Source: Macrostomum hystrix (Eukaryota > Animalia > Platyhelminthes). From it: 64,000 nt of DNA. The notes under the pieces are model-generated. The model ran no database searches. It was given only the letters and a program-made list of their open reading frames with translations, and was not told the DNA's origin. Made by a program: the position numbers and the translations under genes. Every line of letters starts with the position of its first letter. The first letter of the stretch is position 1. The stretch is from positions 2,976,001 through 3,040,000 of the forward strand of contig CATNEN010000024.1 in assembly GCA_950097015.1 (NCBI GenBank), written 5' to 3'. Below, piece by piece: positions 23,715 to 36,792 of this stretch.

Positions 23715-25885
23715 AACTTTTGCCAATAGCAAGATACTTGCGTGTTTAACCAAAATCGAAAGGCCCAATCGTGATTCCCAAGGTAATTCCCAAGGTCATG
23801 CAATGTCATGCGTGGGATTCCCAGAAGACTTTCTAAAAATAGCAGCAAATTCACCCACCCCAGTTCGGGTGTTAATGCTTTGTGTTCGAATATCAGAACT
23901 TACTATATATTCTTGCTGTAAAATTCTGTCAATTTAAAGTGCACCCGTGCTTTGTGAAACAACAGACCTATTTTAGCTGTTTGTTGTGTTCTCACTAATA
24001 CTCATATTATAGCACAATAAACATGTACACATTCTATTTTATTCATTTGCTTCGTGTTACTGATAATATTCACCTAGGTAAAAGGTAGACATTATTTAGC
24101 AAAATCTCTTGACGAGAATATTTGTAATCAGTCATTTTATTAAAGAACCCTCGTTTCCGTGTATAATACGAGTCTGTTCCAAATCTTGTTTAAAATTTGC
24201 AGTTTTCGAAGAAATGATTTTTCTCTTTTCATTTTTTAAGAATTTTTTAAATATAGCAATCGAATAAGTTTTTAGTAGTTTTTTGTTGTATTTTTATGAC
24301 CTTTCTGTCTGTTTTGCTAACTTATTTACTAATCTAAAAACTAGGCTCAATGGAATCGATATTTTTACTGTCGGTGTTAAGTCTCATCTGCTCGTTCACT
24401 AAAACCCATTAACAATGTGTTAAAAAAGCTTTGCCGAAAAAAAGAAAATGCCTGCGATCAGGTTGTGTACTTTTGGCACTGTGGAAAAGCTAATCTCAAA
24501 ATGATAAATCGGCATTGGCAAGACTCCGATCCAATAAAATGACGCTTTAAGCTTTGGATGTAACAAGGTCTTCAAACTATTATTGATTGAGAACAGTCAC
24601 GTGCATGGGGGGCTTAAAAAGAGCTACCACCAAGTTTGTTTCTAAAAATAGATACTTCCTCCTGGCCAATCAAATCTGGAGTCAACCAATAGCTTGCATT
24701 TCTCAACTATTCTTTTTGAAGTAATATAGGCTGCGTTTAAAATACTATAGTATCCAGACCAATTCGTGAGCTTTTAGCTGCAAGCGAATAGCGATATCAA
24801 CTGCTTTGAGATTGCATTGGCTGCTGCTACTAAAAGCTCTTCGTTATCTATTCAACTGATTCCATGTAGAACTCTGACTTTAACCTGTTTAGAGATCAGC
24901 TTGCCGAGTCCTTTCCTAAGCTCCATTTGGCGACACCTCCCTCTTTCTACTCTACCCTCCGTGTCGTTCGTTCGTTCGTTTAGTTACAAATGTTATCTTT
25001 TCGTAGGCCCACCAACCCCAGCCCATGTTTGCTTAAAGCCAGTATGTAGCTGTGCACAGTATAGACAAGCCTAAGGCACACTGGCGCATTGCACAGCAAC
25101 TGACCTGTCACTGGAATCGGCACCAACCCCAAGCCGCTTGAGGACTCGGGCGAACTGGCTTATTTTTTTTCTCTAGTCGCTGTTAGGTGTGTGTGGGTTG
25201 GCTTTGGGGCTGAGAAGTTAAGGCTGTTAGGCGCCTGTTCAATTAGGTATAAGTTAGCTTTGCCTGTAGTACCTATATAAGCTGAGTTTCGTTCGCACCT
25301 TGGCTCAAATCTTTTGCTTCTGGTTGCTAACGGTTATTCGACTAGCAAAATCTCAAACAGCACGACACGAACGCAAATAAAAAATGTGGACTACACTTTG
25401 AGACAGAAATCTGGCTTTGTTTCCGGACCAAGGACACGAGGACTGGCAACAGATACAGGTAAAGAGAAGAAAGGGCGTTGTTTTTGTGTTTACTCAGTAC
25501 GCTCAGACTGCTGAGATGGTGAAAGCTATTGGGGGATGAGCGGGGGGGAGGGCCGTGCTGTGAAGCTGGGCTGACTATTGATTGGCCTAGAGACTTTCCG
25601 AGAATGTCACGCCATCGGATATGCCCAAAAACTGCTTGGCAACAACATCCCCCGGTGAAAAATTGTTCTATAACTATCATCCCAATAGGGATAGAATTGG
25701 AAACTTACAAGATTCTATTCTCGAATTGAACTCATCTATATTACTGCGAATTCAAGGTAAGATTCAGTTTGGTGGCATCAAAGAGTGACTGCCTAGTATT
25801 AGTAATATAAAAAATAAAAATGCTTTCAAGCAATTACTTCGTAGATACTTTAAACACTTGTTTTAAAAAAGGAGCGTGCTATACA

Positions 25886-26136
25886 GGGATTGTAGCCTAG
25901 TGGTAAGAGTCGTCGGACTAACGACTTAAAGGTCGGGGGTTCGATTCCTAAATGCGCTAGTTTTAGGAAAACACTTAACTCTTGATTGCTTCAGTTCATC
26001 CAGCTGTTAAATGGGTATGAGGATTAGCTGTGGTAATTGAGGGTGGTTGTAGCGTCCCCCAGTCCATGGACTGAACAGCTGTACGCAGCCTTCAGATGCG
26101 CCGATCGCAATAGCTGCGGCTGTGCTGTCAGCTGCC
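25886..26136 (+). mobile_element. SINE family B, near full length: tRNA head, CORE-like domain and tail
   Basis: A box TAGCCTAGTGG (25893), B box GGTTCGATTCC (25938-25948), CORE-like segment at 25960-26018. Confidence 0.8.
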
Positions 26137-26762
26137 TGGTTAATGTAGGTTTAAAAAAAATTATAACAATTTTTGTAACGTAAATTAGAAAATTTGCATG
26201 TCAAAAGCGAAATCTGCATTTTGTGTTATCATCCTGAGAATATGATACTCGCGTCTACTGCATAGTAGAAGTTTTTTTCTCAGCTCAACTCAGCCTAGGG
26301 TGTTTTTCAGGCCAGATGCAGCCACAGAACCAGCTAGTTTTGCATGCTTCATCTGGGGCAGGAAGCAGGTTATGTTTGACGACTGATTTCCGAGAAACGG
26401 GAGAACTAGCTAAAATCACTTGCGATGAAAGGAAGGCCTCATTTTTCACCTGCTTCTCTTATCTTGAAGCTCATTGTGTGCGCAGCGTACGGCTTCTAAA
26501 GCAGTTACAATGAAATTAGAAAAAATTTGTCACATTACAACAGGGAGCCTTAAATTAGGCTTTAATAATTCATGTTCATCAGCCATTTGAAGATTCCACA
26601 CATTGAATTATTTAGTATGTTAATGCGAATTATTCCAAGGAAAAAAGAGTTCTAATATATCTTCTGAAATAATTTGATTGTAGCTCAGTTTTATTATGAG
26701 TCCAAATGTGAAATTTCAACACCTCAGACTCTATACTTGGAGTCCTGGAAACGACTGCAAGA

Positions 26763-29700
26763 ATGTCGGACCGTCCAGAACTCAACAGCGCAACGCTGAT
26801 CGACGAAGCGGCCGTCGAGTCATGGCTGGAGGTCCATCCCGAGTTCTTCGAGGACTACTTCTATAGGAAGGCCACACGCAGGCTAGTTGATACCTGGGTT
26901 TACCGACGAGTTCGGACGACCACGACTGTGAGCAGCTCGCACGGTGCCAGTTTCAGCTCATTCGACTGGCACAGCATACCTGAGACTACTCAGCAGCAGC
27001 AGGCTGGCGACTCAACCATTCAGGAGGAAGCGGACGGCAGCGTGTCTCGGTCCACCTCCTGCAGCAGCAGCGTCATCCGGAAGGTGTCGAGCGAGTTCGC
27101 CTACCTGGACCGCAACCAGAGCTCCTCGCCTCTGTTCACCAAATTCACCGACGGCTCCGCTTCGTTCATCATCGAGTCAGCAGCAGCCTCGGCTGCTTCG
27201 CCGAAGACACCCGGTGGACCAGGGACAAGTTCACGGCAGCAGCAGCAGCAGCAGCCGCAGCCTTCGCCAAGCCAGTCGCTGTCTTCAACTGGCGCCCAAG
27301 GTCTGCGCGCCTTCGCTGAAGAGGGCATGCTTCGCGAGCTCGTTCTGGACATCTTCCACGAGCTGGACGTGGCCACCCTCTGTCACAAGATCCTGCGCAA
27401 TGTCTGCCTGCTGATTGGTGCCGATCGGTGCTCGCTGTTCCTGGTGGAGTCTGCTCCGAGCAGCGCGCAGCTGGAGCTAGTCAGCAACCTGTTCGACGTG
27501 ACTGCGGACAGCTGCTTGGAGACTATCCTAGCCAATCACAGCTCGATTCGCATCCCAATCGGTCAGGGCATTGTGGGCAGCGTGGCCCTCACCGGAGAGC
27601 CGGTTCGCATCGCTGACGCCTATCAGGTGAACTGCAGTGCAATGCTAAAGTCAATACAGAGTGACACTGCATTGCACGAGTGTACATAGGAAGCAATTCT
27701 GCCAATTCCTAAGCACACACGCACAAAGATACAACGCAGGCCCACGCTCACACAGATGTGTACATCTACTCTGACTTTCTCATCGTCAGGCAGTGTACAC
27801 TCTCACTGTGCCTGTAGGTTGGCCTTCAATGGCGTAAATTGCAGAACATGCCCCAAGCCTTCTCTCCGCACGAATGAACGCAGCCTCGCCGCGGAATCGA
27901 GATCAGGGACCTTGGTCAAAGGCAACCATAAGAGGCAAATGTCTTACACCGCTCTGCCACTCGGTCTAGTCAATTCCATGGTCTCCAGGCATGGGAACAC
28001 AGGCGAACCAATCCGTTATACAGGCAGTGTACTTTTAAAGTACACTCTTACTGTGCCATAGGGTTGGCCCTCATGGGCATAAATTTCTCAACAAGTCCGT
28101 GAATTCGAGATCAGGGTCTTTGGTGCTGGAAGTCGGTCCGCCAATCAAACTCGCAACTTTTGCGAATAGCTTCTCAAAATAACTGTTCCAAGCTCCGGAG
28201 AAGTACAGTAACTAGCGCGCACCCCCACTTTGCCGCCGCTGCCGTATTTGTAGTGAGCTGCCGATTCTAGAGAAAGAATCGTGAGAAAATTTGACTGATT
28301 GCAAATCGACCAGCTGCTGATGCTGGGTAGCATCAGAATAATAAAGGGCTTTCACTCCCTGCCATCTCCACCCCCTTAGTAACTCTCTCCCTGTCCTAAA
28401 GTCAGGCTTCCAGCACGGCCGAGTCCCACAGATTTCTATTTGGGATTTTTTCAAATCTAGGCCCGTTTCCTTCCACTTTTGGCGATGCTGGTGAATCGCT
28501 ACGAGACAGTTTGTTTGCTGATCATCGGTGAATCTTAATTTGTGAATCTGTGAATTAATGCATAAAATAATGAAGATACTATCGGGCCAATTCACTAATA
28601 TGTACGAATAGTTAAAAACTTATATTAGTCAAAGTACCAACCAATCCATTAATCACCCTATTGATCCATCGATAGACTAATAACTTTGTCAAGCTATCAA
28701 TCTATCCACAGGTAACTTGTACTCGTAGATCAGTGCATGATTAGAGCTACGTCATAATACCAACTCCTGACCGAGAGGTCGCGAGTTCGATTCTCAGTCA
28801 AAATTTTTTCCTTGAGTAAAAATTCAAAACTAATTGCCGAGTGCTTTAAAAGTTATAAAATGTAAAATGAGTAAAGCAAGACATTGTAGTCTTAGTGCTT
28901 AGGGCTTCAGACTCACGAGTTGAAGGTCGGGGGTTCGATTCCTGACTGCACTTGAACAATTAGTTGTTTTAGAGACTTAACTGTTAAATGGGTACCAGTA
29001 TTAGCTGGGGGTAATTGAATGTGGTTTTAGCGTCCCCCAGTCCATGGACTGTACAGCCGTACTCAGCTGCTGCTGGGCCACTAGCTTTACCTCTGGCCCA
29101 AGTGTGATTTCTGCCTTCTATGCATTTATCTATCTCGTCTTGCATAGATATCAGAACAACTCTACTACTACATGTATATCCCCAATTGAATCCTTCGTTG
29201 AAAGTTGGCCACTTCAAGGTCTTCAGTTCTGGGATTCACAAAGCGGTTAAGGCTCGTGGGGATAGATTTGAGTCCAAAACTAATTACCTGTTCTATCGCA
29301 TCCAGGCTAATTAGACTCGTGCGGGATATTCTTCCTTCCCCTGTTGGGATCTCCAAGCAGGCGAAAAATATCCCAGGCATAGACCAACTCGTACTCGAAT
29401 CCTGAGAAAATGAGGAACGTGAGTTGGCGAAGGGCTCACAAGACGGGATATTTGAGACCAATTAAGAACGTTCAGGGAACTTAAAAATGAAAAACTAAAC
29501 TCTTGTAGAAAAGTCGTGCGCGAATGGCGTGACCTTTTATGTCTTCTGAGACACTAATTACTTTCACTAATTGAGGCAAAGCAGGCGGGTAATAGAAGGT
29601 GATCTATTTCTTTCAGGACGAGCGCTTCAACGCCGAAATAGACAAGAAGACCGGGTATCGAACCGAGAGCGTCCTGTGCCTGCCTGTCAAAGATCACATC

Positions 29701-32700
29701 GGCTCGGTGATTGGCGTCACGCAGGCGGTCAACAAAAAGAATGGCGGCGTTTTCAGCGAAACTGATGAGAAGGTTGAGACTGACAATTGCTTTTACCCCA
29801 AATACCATATAGACCTTGCGACCCAACCCAAATACCCCACAAACCCACCTCACCCCTACACACGCAACCCAAATACCCCACAAACCCCACCTCACACCTG
29901 TACACAACCAACCCAAATACCCCACAAACCCCACCTCACCCCTACATACCCAACCCAAATACCCTACTAACCCCACCTCACCCCTACACACGCAACCCAA
30001 ATACCCCACAAACCCCACCTCACGCCTGTACACACCCAACCCAAATACCCCACAAACCCCACCTTACACCCCTACACAACCGATTCGACCCCTTGACAAA
30101 CAACCTTACTGACGCCCCACCCCACTTCCATCGCTGACCAATCAACAGCTTGGGTTAAAGTCGGGTTAAAGTCTCCTTATCACTCTAGCCATAAGCGATT
30201 TATAGCTATTTTCAATTTAATTTCAGACTTTTGAAACATTTCTCACTTTCTGCGGCATCGGAATTCGAAACGCAAAACTTTATAAACAGTCGCAACTGGA
30301 GACCAAGAGAAATCAGGTTTGTGCATAATTTACTTATTAATTAAGCCTTCTCTACGCGGCTACGCCCAGAATGTGGCCTCCATTCACCTGCCTACTCAGG
30401 TTCTACTCGACATGGTTCGCATTATCTCCGAGCAGCAGGACAATCTAGAGCCACTGGTCAAGAAGATAATGCACTACATGCAGCTGATTACCACCTGTCG
30501 TTGGTGCCAAATTCTGCTAATTGACGACCCGACTTCGGCTGAGGTGTGAATCAGGCGATTGTTTTATCTCCAAATTAGTCCAAATTAACTGAATTATCAA
30601 TCCGTGGAATCACTATGAAGAACTTCGCAATCCAGGGCATGTTTGACCACGCGTTCGAGCTGCGAATCGAGGACGAGTCAGCAGACTTGGGCGCTGGGGA
30701 TGAGGACGACGGCAGCTGCCAGTCGGCGAGAGCGCCGACTGTCACCGACAATTGCGGAATGCTTATCAACAGTGAGCTTATTCGACTTGTCTGCGACACA
30801 GGAGAGGTGACCACCATTAACGTCACAGAGGTTCATTTGAGACTCTGTTAATTATACTTTACGTATTTATTTCATTCCGTAATGTAGAAAATTTCTTTTA
30901 TTCTGTGTTTTAGCCGCTTAACATCGCCAATCCCATGGAAGATGATAGACTGACGGTAAGCATATACGAATTTAAAGGGAATTTGACAGTTGAAGAATGT
31001 GTCAGCCTGCCTGAGAGGGTGACCGGCAAAACATTTGACAGTTGGGCAGCCAAGAAAAATGAGAATCATGTCGATCAAGAAGCATGCGGATAAAGAAATG
31101 TTTCATGCAACATTTCAATCAAGGAAAATGTCAATCAGGGAATAAGTCAATCAAGGAAATTGGCAATCAAAGAACACGTCAACCATGAACGAAGCAAATC
31201 AATGAACTTGTCAATCAAGGAACATATCAATCAAGAACCAAATCAAATAAAGAACATGTCAATCAATGAGCATGTCAATCAATAAACATATCAAGGAACA
31301 TGTCAATCAAAGAACATATCAAGGAACTTGTCAATCAAGGAACATGTCAATCAAGGCGCATTTCAATCAAAGAGCATATCAATCAAGGAGCATATCAATC
31401 AAGGAGCATATCATCGAGGAGCATATCAATCAAGGAGCATATCAATCAAGGAGCATATCAATCAAGGAGCATATCAATCGAGGAGCATATCAATCGAGGA
31501 GCACATCAATCAATGAGCATATCATCGAGGAGCATATCAATCAAGGAGCATATCAATCAAGGAGCATATCAATCAAGGAGCATATCAATTGAGGAGCATA
31601 TCAATCAAGGAGCATATCAATTGAGGAGCATATCAATCAAGGAGCATATCAATTGAGGAGCATATCATCGAGGAGCATATCAATCAAGGAGCATATCAAT
31701 CAAGGAGCATATCAATCAAGGAGCATATCAATTGAGGAGCATATCAATTGAGGAGCATATCAATCAAGGAGCATATTAATTATCGAAAATTTCATGGAAA
31801 ATGTAAATTAATGACTGGCTGGGAAATGGCATTCCTCTGGTCTACAAACTTGATAGGAGCTTGAGCGCTTGAGCATCAGCGCGCTGCTCTGCCTGCCCAT
31901 CAAGAACGCCCAGTCGAGAGTTGCCGGGCTCTGCCTGCTGATGAACAAGTCCGACGGTGGGCCGTTCACGGCGGGCGACCAGCAGCTGGCCGAAGCCTTC
32001 GCCCTGTTCTGCGGCCTGGGCATTCACAACACGAGAATGTTTGAGCGAGCCGAGGTGGCCAAGCGAAGGCAGCAGGTGGCGCTGGAGGTGCTGAGCTATC
32101 ACGCTGTGGCGCCTAGCGATGAAGCTCACAGGCTGGCCAAATGCCTGGTGCCATCTGCAAGGTTCTTGGGCATCAACGATTTCTCATTTTCGGATCTGGC
32201 GTGAGTATTGGACTCTGTAGTCCAATGCGTTTCTTGTCTCTAGATTCACTCGGAGTCTCTAGATTCACTCGGAGTCTCTAGATTCACTCGGAGTCTATAG
32301 ATTCACTCGGTGTCTCTAGATTCACTCGGAGTCTCTAGATTCACTCGGAGTTTTTAGATTCATTCGGTGTCTCTAGATTCACTCGGAGTCTCTAGATTCA
32401 CTCGGAGTCTCTAGATTCACTCGGTGTCTCTAGATTCACTCGGAGTCTCTAGATTCACTCGGTATCTCTAGATTCACTCGGTGTCTATGGATTCACTCGG
32501 TGTCTATGGATTCACTCGGTGTCTTTAGATTCACTCGGTGTCTCTAGATTCACTCGGTGTCTCAAAATTAGGTCTGAGTCTCTAGATTCACTCGGTGTCT
32601 CAAGATTAGGTCTGAGTCTCTAGATTCACTCGGAGTCTCTAGATGCACTCGGAGTCTCTAGATTCACTCGGTGTCTATGGATTCACTCGGTGTCTCAAGA

Positions 32701-35700
32701 TTAGGTCTGAGTCTCTAGAGTAAGTCGTAGTCTCTAGATTAGGTCGGAGTCTCAAGATTCACTCCGAGTCTTTAGATTCATTCAGAGTCTAATCATATTT
32801 GATTGGTAATTTTAACTACGTAAAATTTCCATCGCCAGGATGAGTGATGATGACACCGTCATCAGCGTAATCAAAATGTTCGAAGACACGGGCCTGTTCT
32901 CAGCCTTCAAGCTCGACTACACCAACTTCTGTCGCTGGATTTTGTCCGTTAAGAAAAACTATCGGGCCGTCACTTACCACAACTGGAGACACGCGCTAAA
33001 TGTCACACAGTGCATGTTCGGAATGCTGCGGGTGAGCAACTTGAGTGAGCTGAAAGATCTGAAGTTAGTGGAGATCATCTGAAATTCTCTGGTGTTTGTG
33101 GAGATCATCTGAAGGTCTCTGGTGTTAGTGGAGATCATCTGAAGGTCTCTGGTGTTAGTGGAGATCATCTGAAGGTCTCTGATGTTAGTGGAGATCATCT
33201 GAAGGTCTCTGATGTTAGTGGAGATCATCTGAAGGTCTCTGGTGTTAGTGGGGATCATCTGAAGGTCTCTGGTGTTAGTGGAGATCATCTGAAGGTCTCT
33301 GGTGTTAGTGGAGATCATCTGAAGGTCTCTGGTGTTAGTGGAGATCATCTGAAGGTTTCTGATGTTAGTGGAGATCATCTGAAGGTCTCTGGTGTTAGTG
33401 GAGATCATCTGAAGGTCTCTGGTGTTAGTGGAGATCATCTGAAGGTCTCTGGTGTTAGTGGGGATCATCTGAAGGTCTCTGGTGTTAGTGGAGATCATCT
33501 GAAGGTCTCTGGTGTTAGTGGAGATCATCTGAAGGTCTCTGGTGTTAGTGGAGATCATCTGAAGGTCTCTGGTGTTAGTGGGGATCATCTGAAGGTCTCT
33601 GGTGTTAGTGGAGATCATCTGAAGGTCTCTGGTGTTAATAGGTATATAATATGCTCTTAAATTTTATTTTAAGCTGAATACAAAGGTGATTATGTTTCAG
33701 AAAAAGAAACGCAAGCTCTCGTTTACTAAGCAGTGTCTCAGGCATCTCGCTAGTAATGCAAACACAGTCTTACCTGTGTCGGTGCATGATTCTTACATCA
33801 GCCGGTAGATCGTTTTATCGATTAAGTCTGCGCAAGATTATCCAGCAGCTTTAGTGCGGCTAATCCTGATCAAACGTGTTCTCGTACGGTTCTTGATCTC
33901 CTGATTACCTGGTTGAATGAGAGAGCTCAGATTCTAGATCAATGCTTGTCTTCTTTAGCTTTTCTTTGCTCACCGATGAGAATAAACTCATTGTTGAGCA
34001 CTTCGTTAGCATCGTTAGTAATTCATGTGCGGATATCGTAATCTCACTATGATCAGACTGAATAGAAGCTTCAGTTCAGATAAAATTAAAAAATCCTAAA
34101 TCCTGATCCCATAACATGAGCTTTAATCCCTTGATCTGAGCTCGAATCCCATAATCTAAAATCGAATCCTTTGACCTGAGCTCGAATCCTTTGACCCGAG
34201 CTCGAATCCTTTGACCTGAGCTCAAATCCTTTGACCTGAGCTCGAATCCTTTGACCTGAGCTCGAATCATTTGACCTGAGCTCGAATCATTTGACCTGAG
34301 CTTGAATCCCATAACCTGAGCTCTAATCCCATAAATTTTACCGGCCTGCTATAATAAGCTTTCAATTCACGTTCATAACCTTACAGACGTCATCCGAGCT
34401 GAAAGGTCTCAACAGACTGGACAAGCTGGCTCTGCTAGTGGCTTCAATCTGTCACGACCTGGACCACCGCGGCACGGACAACAAGTTCCAGAAGCTGACA
34501 CTGTCTCCGCTGGCCCAGCTGTACTCTTCCTCGATGCTGGAGAGGCACCACTTCAACCAATGCATCATGCTGCTGTCAATCAACGGCTGCGACATTCTGT
34601 CGCCGCTAGGCCAGTCCCAGTACGAGCACTGCATCGCGACAATAGAAAAGTGCATCCTGGCCACCGACCTGCAGAAGCACATGACTGCCAGGTGAAGGAT
34701 TGCGTTTTTACATTGCTCGCTAGTCAGGAGATTCATTTCAGGACGTCCTCGATACTTCTAGTGGTACTTGGGCCCCGCCTATAAGATTCATTTCAGGGCG
34801 TCCTCGATACTTCTAGTGGTACTTGGGCCCCGCCTATGAGATTCATTTCAGGACGTCCTCAATACTTCTAGTGGTACTTGGGCCCCGCCTATGAGATTCA
34901 TTTCAGGACGTCCTCGATACTTCTAGTGGTACTTGGGCCCCGCCTATGAGATTCATTTCAGGACGTCCTCGGTGCTTCTAGTGGTACTTGGGCCCCGCCT
35001 ATGAGATTCATTTCAGGACGTCCTCGGTGCTTCTAGTGGTACTTGGGCCCCACCTATGAGATTCATTTCAGGACGTCCTCAATACTTTTAGTGGTACTTG
35101 GGCCCCGCCTATGAGATTCATTTCAGGACGTCCTCGACCATCACCATCGCAGCTGAATGATGTTGTTTAGTTTCTGAGACATACGAGCTCGTACGGTCCA
35201 GATCTATTCGGCAGGTTGGGATAAATTGATGGTATAAATCTAAATTCGTTTCAGAAAGAGCCTGCAAAAGATAGTTACCGACAAGTCGTTCTGCTGGTCA
35301 GATCCGGTCCATTATGACCTACTGCTCGGCCTTCTAATGACCGCCGCTGATCTCAGCGCCATCACCAAGCCGTGGCCGGTGCAGAAGAAGGTCGCCCAGC
35401 TGGTTGCCAGCGAATTCTACGAGCAGGGTGACAGGGAGAAGCAGGAGCTGCACCTGCAACCGGACGTGAGTAAGACGCACCTTGCCGGAGGTACGGTTCA
35501 TTAGGTGTGGCTCGCATGATAAACAGATTAGGCCAGACAGTATGAAAATTATGGGTCACGCACGATTGGCTAGTTACAAATTATAGATAAATACTTGAGA
35601 TTGGTACTGCAATTCATTGAAAAATTATGGATTTAATTCCCATGTCTTTCAATACTACGAACAAATCTGCACATGAAATTGACTGAGTTCCGCTGTAGAA

Positions 35701-36056
35701 CACTGCCGAAATGGTGATCCAGGAAATAATTGTGTTTGAAATCAATTTCAGGACCAGAAGGATCGGGCAAAGCAGCAGAAACTTCCCGAGATGCAAGTCG
35801 GCTTCATTGACTTTGTCTGCCTGCCCGTGTACACAGTGAGTCCATCTACTACTAGTAGGATAATAAGATGCGAACGAAACCTTTCATGCTCTTCAATAGA
35901 AGCAAAACCGTTTTTAGTTTTGACGCTCAGAAAATTAGAAAGCATTTTTTCATAATTCTTCAGCTGCTATGCGAAATCTGCGGAGATCTGCACGAGCTTC
36001 GCAACGGCTGCCTGAGCAATCGGGCTCAGTGGGAGTCGCTGATTGGAAACAAATAA
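26763..36056 (+). CDS. PDE5/PDE11: cGMP-binding dual-GAF 3',5'-cyclic nucleotide phosphodiesterase (PDE5/PDE11 group)
   Basis: Exons 26763-27626, 29617-29772, 30227-30316, 30400-30543, 30636-30806, 30914-30955, 31857-32200, 32839-33031, 34387-34691, 35255-35465, 35752-35835, 35964-36056. Two GAF domains (DRCSLFL; VLCLPV..NK..F..DE; [10 protein letters not shown]) and the catalytic motifs YHNWRH, HDLDHRG, LERHH, TDL, AADL and MQVGFIDF. Confidence 0.93.
27680..28125 (-). mobile_element. Degraded SINE A copies in PDE intron 1
   Basis: Body and head blocks match 5095-5462. Confidence 0.7.
28435..28880. repeat. About 440-bp segment duplicated in inverted orientation at 38280-38712; contains a tRNA-like SINE head
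   Basis: For example ggcccgtttccttccacttttggcgatgctggtgaatcgctacgag has its reverse complement at 38650-38695. Confidence 0.85.
28880..29075 (+). mobile_element. SINE B copy with internal deletion
   Basis: B box ggttcgattcc, then gttaaatgggtaccagtattagctggg and ccccagtccatggact. Confidence 0.7.
29820..30125. repeat. C-rich array after the PDE exon 2 donor
   Basis: Repeats of cccaaataccccacaaaccccacctcacccctacacacg. Confidence 0.9.
31230..31780. repeat. 16-bp minisatellite ggagcatatcaatcaa
   Basis: Tandem units, more homogeneous towards the right. Confidence 0.93.
32235..32790. repeat. 19-bp minisatellite ctctagattcactcggagt
   Basis: Starts about 35 nt after the donor at 32201. Confidence 0.93.
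33055..33635. repeat. 30-bp minisatellite gagatcatctgaaggtctctggtgttagtg
   Basis: About 19 copies starting about 25 nt after the donor at 33032. Confidence 0.97.
34130..34330. repeat. 20-bp minisatellite ttgacctgagctcgaatcct
   Basis: About 9 units. Confidence 0.9.
34725..35140. repeat. 55-bp minisatellite after the PDE donor at 34692
   Basis: Unit gagattcatttcaggacgtcctcgatacttctagtggtacttgggccccgcctat, about 7.5 copies. Confidence 0.95.
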
Positions 36057-36242
36057 CCTGACCTTCTGGCAGAGCTATCAAGTTGAGCTTTGAACCTGAG
36101 TAGTTTTTTATCGAAACTTAACTAGCTAACAGAAATGCAATTTGACAAAGGTACGATGCTAAGAGGCAGCGAAGTGGACAGTAGAGACAATCCCTGGACA
36201 TGCTGTGCCACATGCCCCTGCTAGTGTCTTCTTGTTACACTT

Positions 36243-36792
36243 TTAACAGTTGAAAGATCACGGGGAACATTCTTTATTTTTTCTGCAATAATAATATTCA
36301 AGCAACCTCCATGAAAACCCAGACCAAAAGTGCCGCTCTATCCAATTAAAAAACTTCGAGAATTGAAAAAAAAACATCGTCATCGTCGAGATATTCAACG
36401 ATTCTCGTCATTGTGTGTCTGGTGGCAACATAGGCATAATTTTTCTGCTCACTTCTTAAAATTTCATCAACCACATCGGCTATCCTTGTTGACTATATAA
36501 TTGTTAATTATTATAGTATTGAACCGATTTGGCTTCGGCTAAGGGCTTATACGGAGCAATGCTAGTTGTCCTTGTCACCAGGGTCTTCGACAAGAATCGC
36601 TGAATATTTCGACGATGCTGACTGGCTATAAAGTTAGTTCATCGTAAAGTGCGGAAAATTTAGATCCATATGGTGGACTTTCACGAAAATCGGTCATTCA
36701 GTTTGGGAGATGTCGTGAAGAAGGTAGGGGCTATTTGAAATATCCCCGGGGTTTTCCTAGGGAGTAGAGGGGTGTGGTCTTTCTACTGTTAA
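36243..36792. mobile_element. MITE family 1, complete non-autonomous element flanked by TTAA
   Basis: Left end TTAAcagttgaaagatcacggggaac; right end reverse complement TTAAcagtagaaagaccacac; no coding capacity. Confidence 0.75.

Noticed and set aside
25886-25960. Possible tRNA gene (also 5390-5462 and 28745-28800)
   Set aside because: A and B boxes are present, but there is no acceptor stem or full cloverleaf, and each continues into a repeated SINE body
28140-29460. Antisense coding-like fragments in PDE intron 1 ([19 protein letters not shown]; [14 protein letters not shown])
   Set aside because: Multiple stops, no recognisable family and no consistent splice chain
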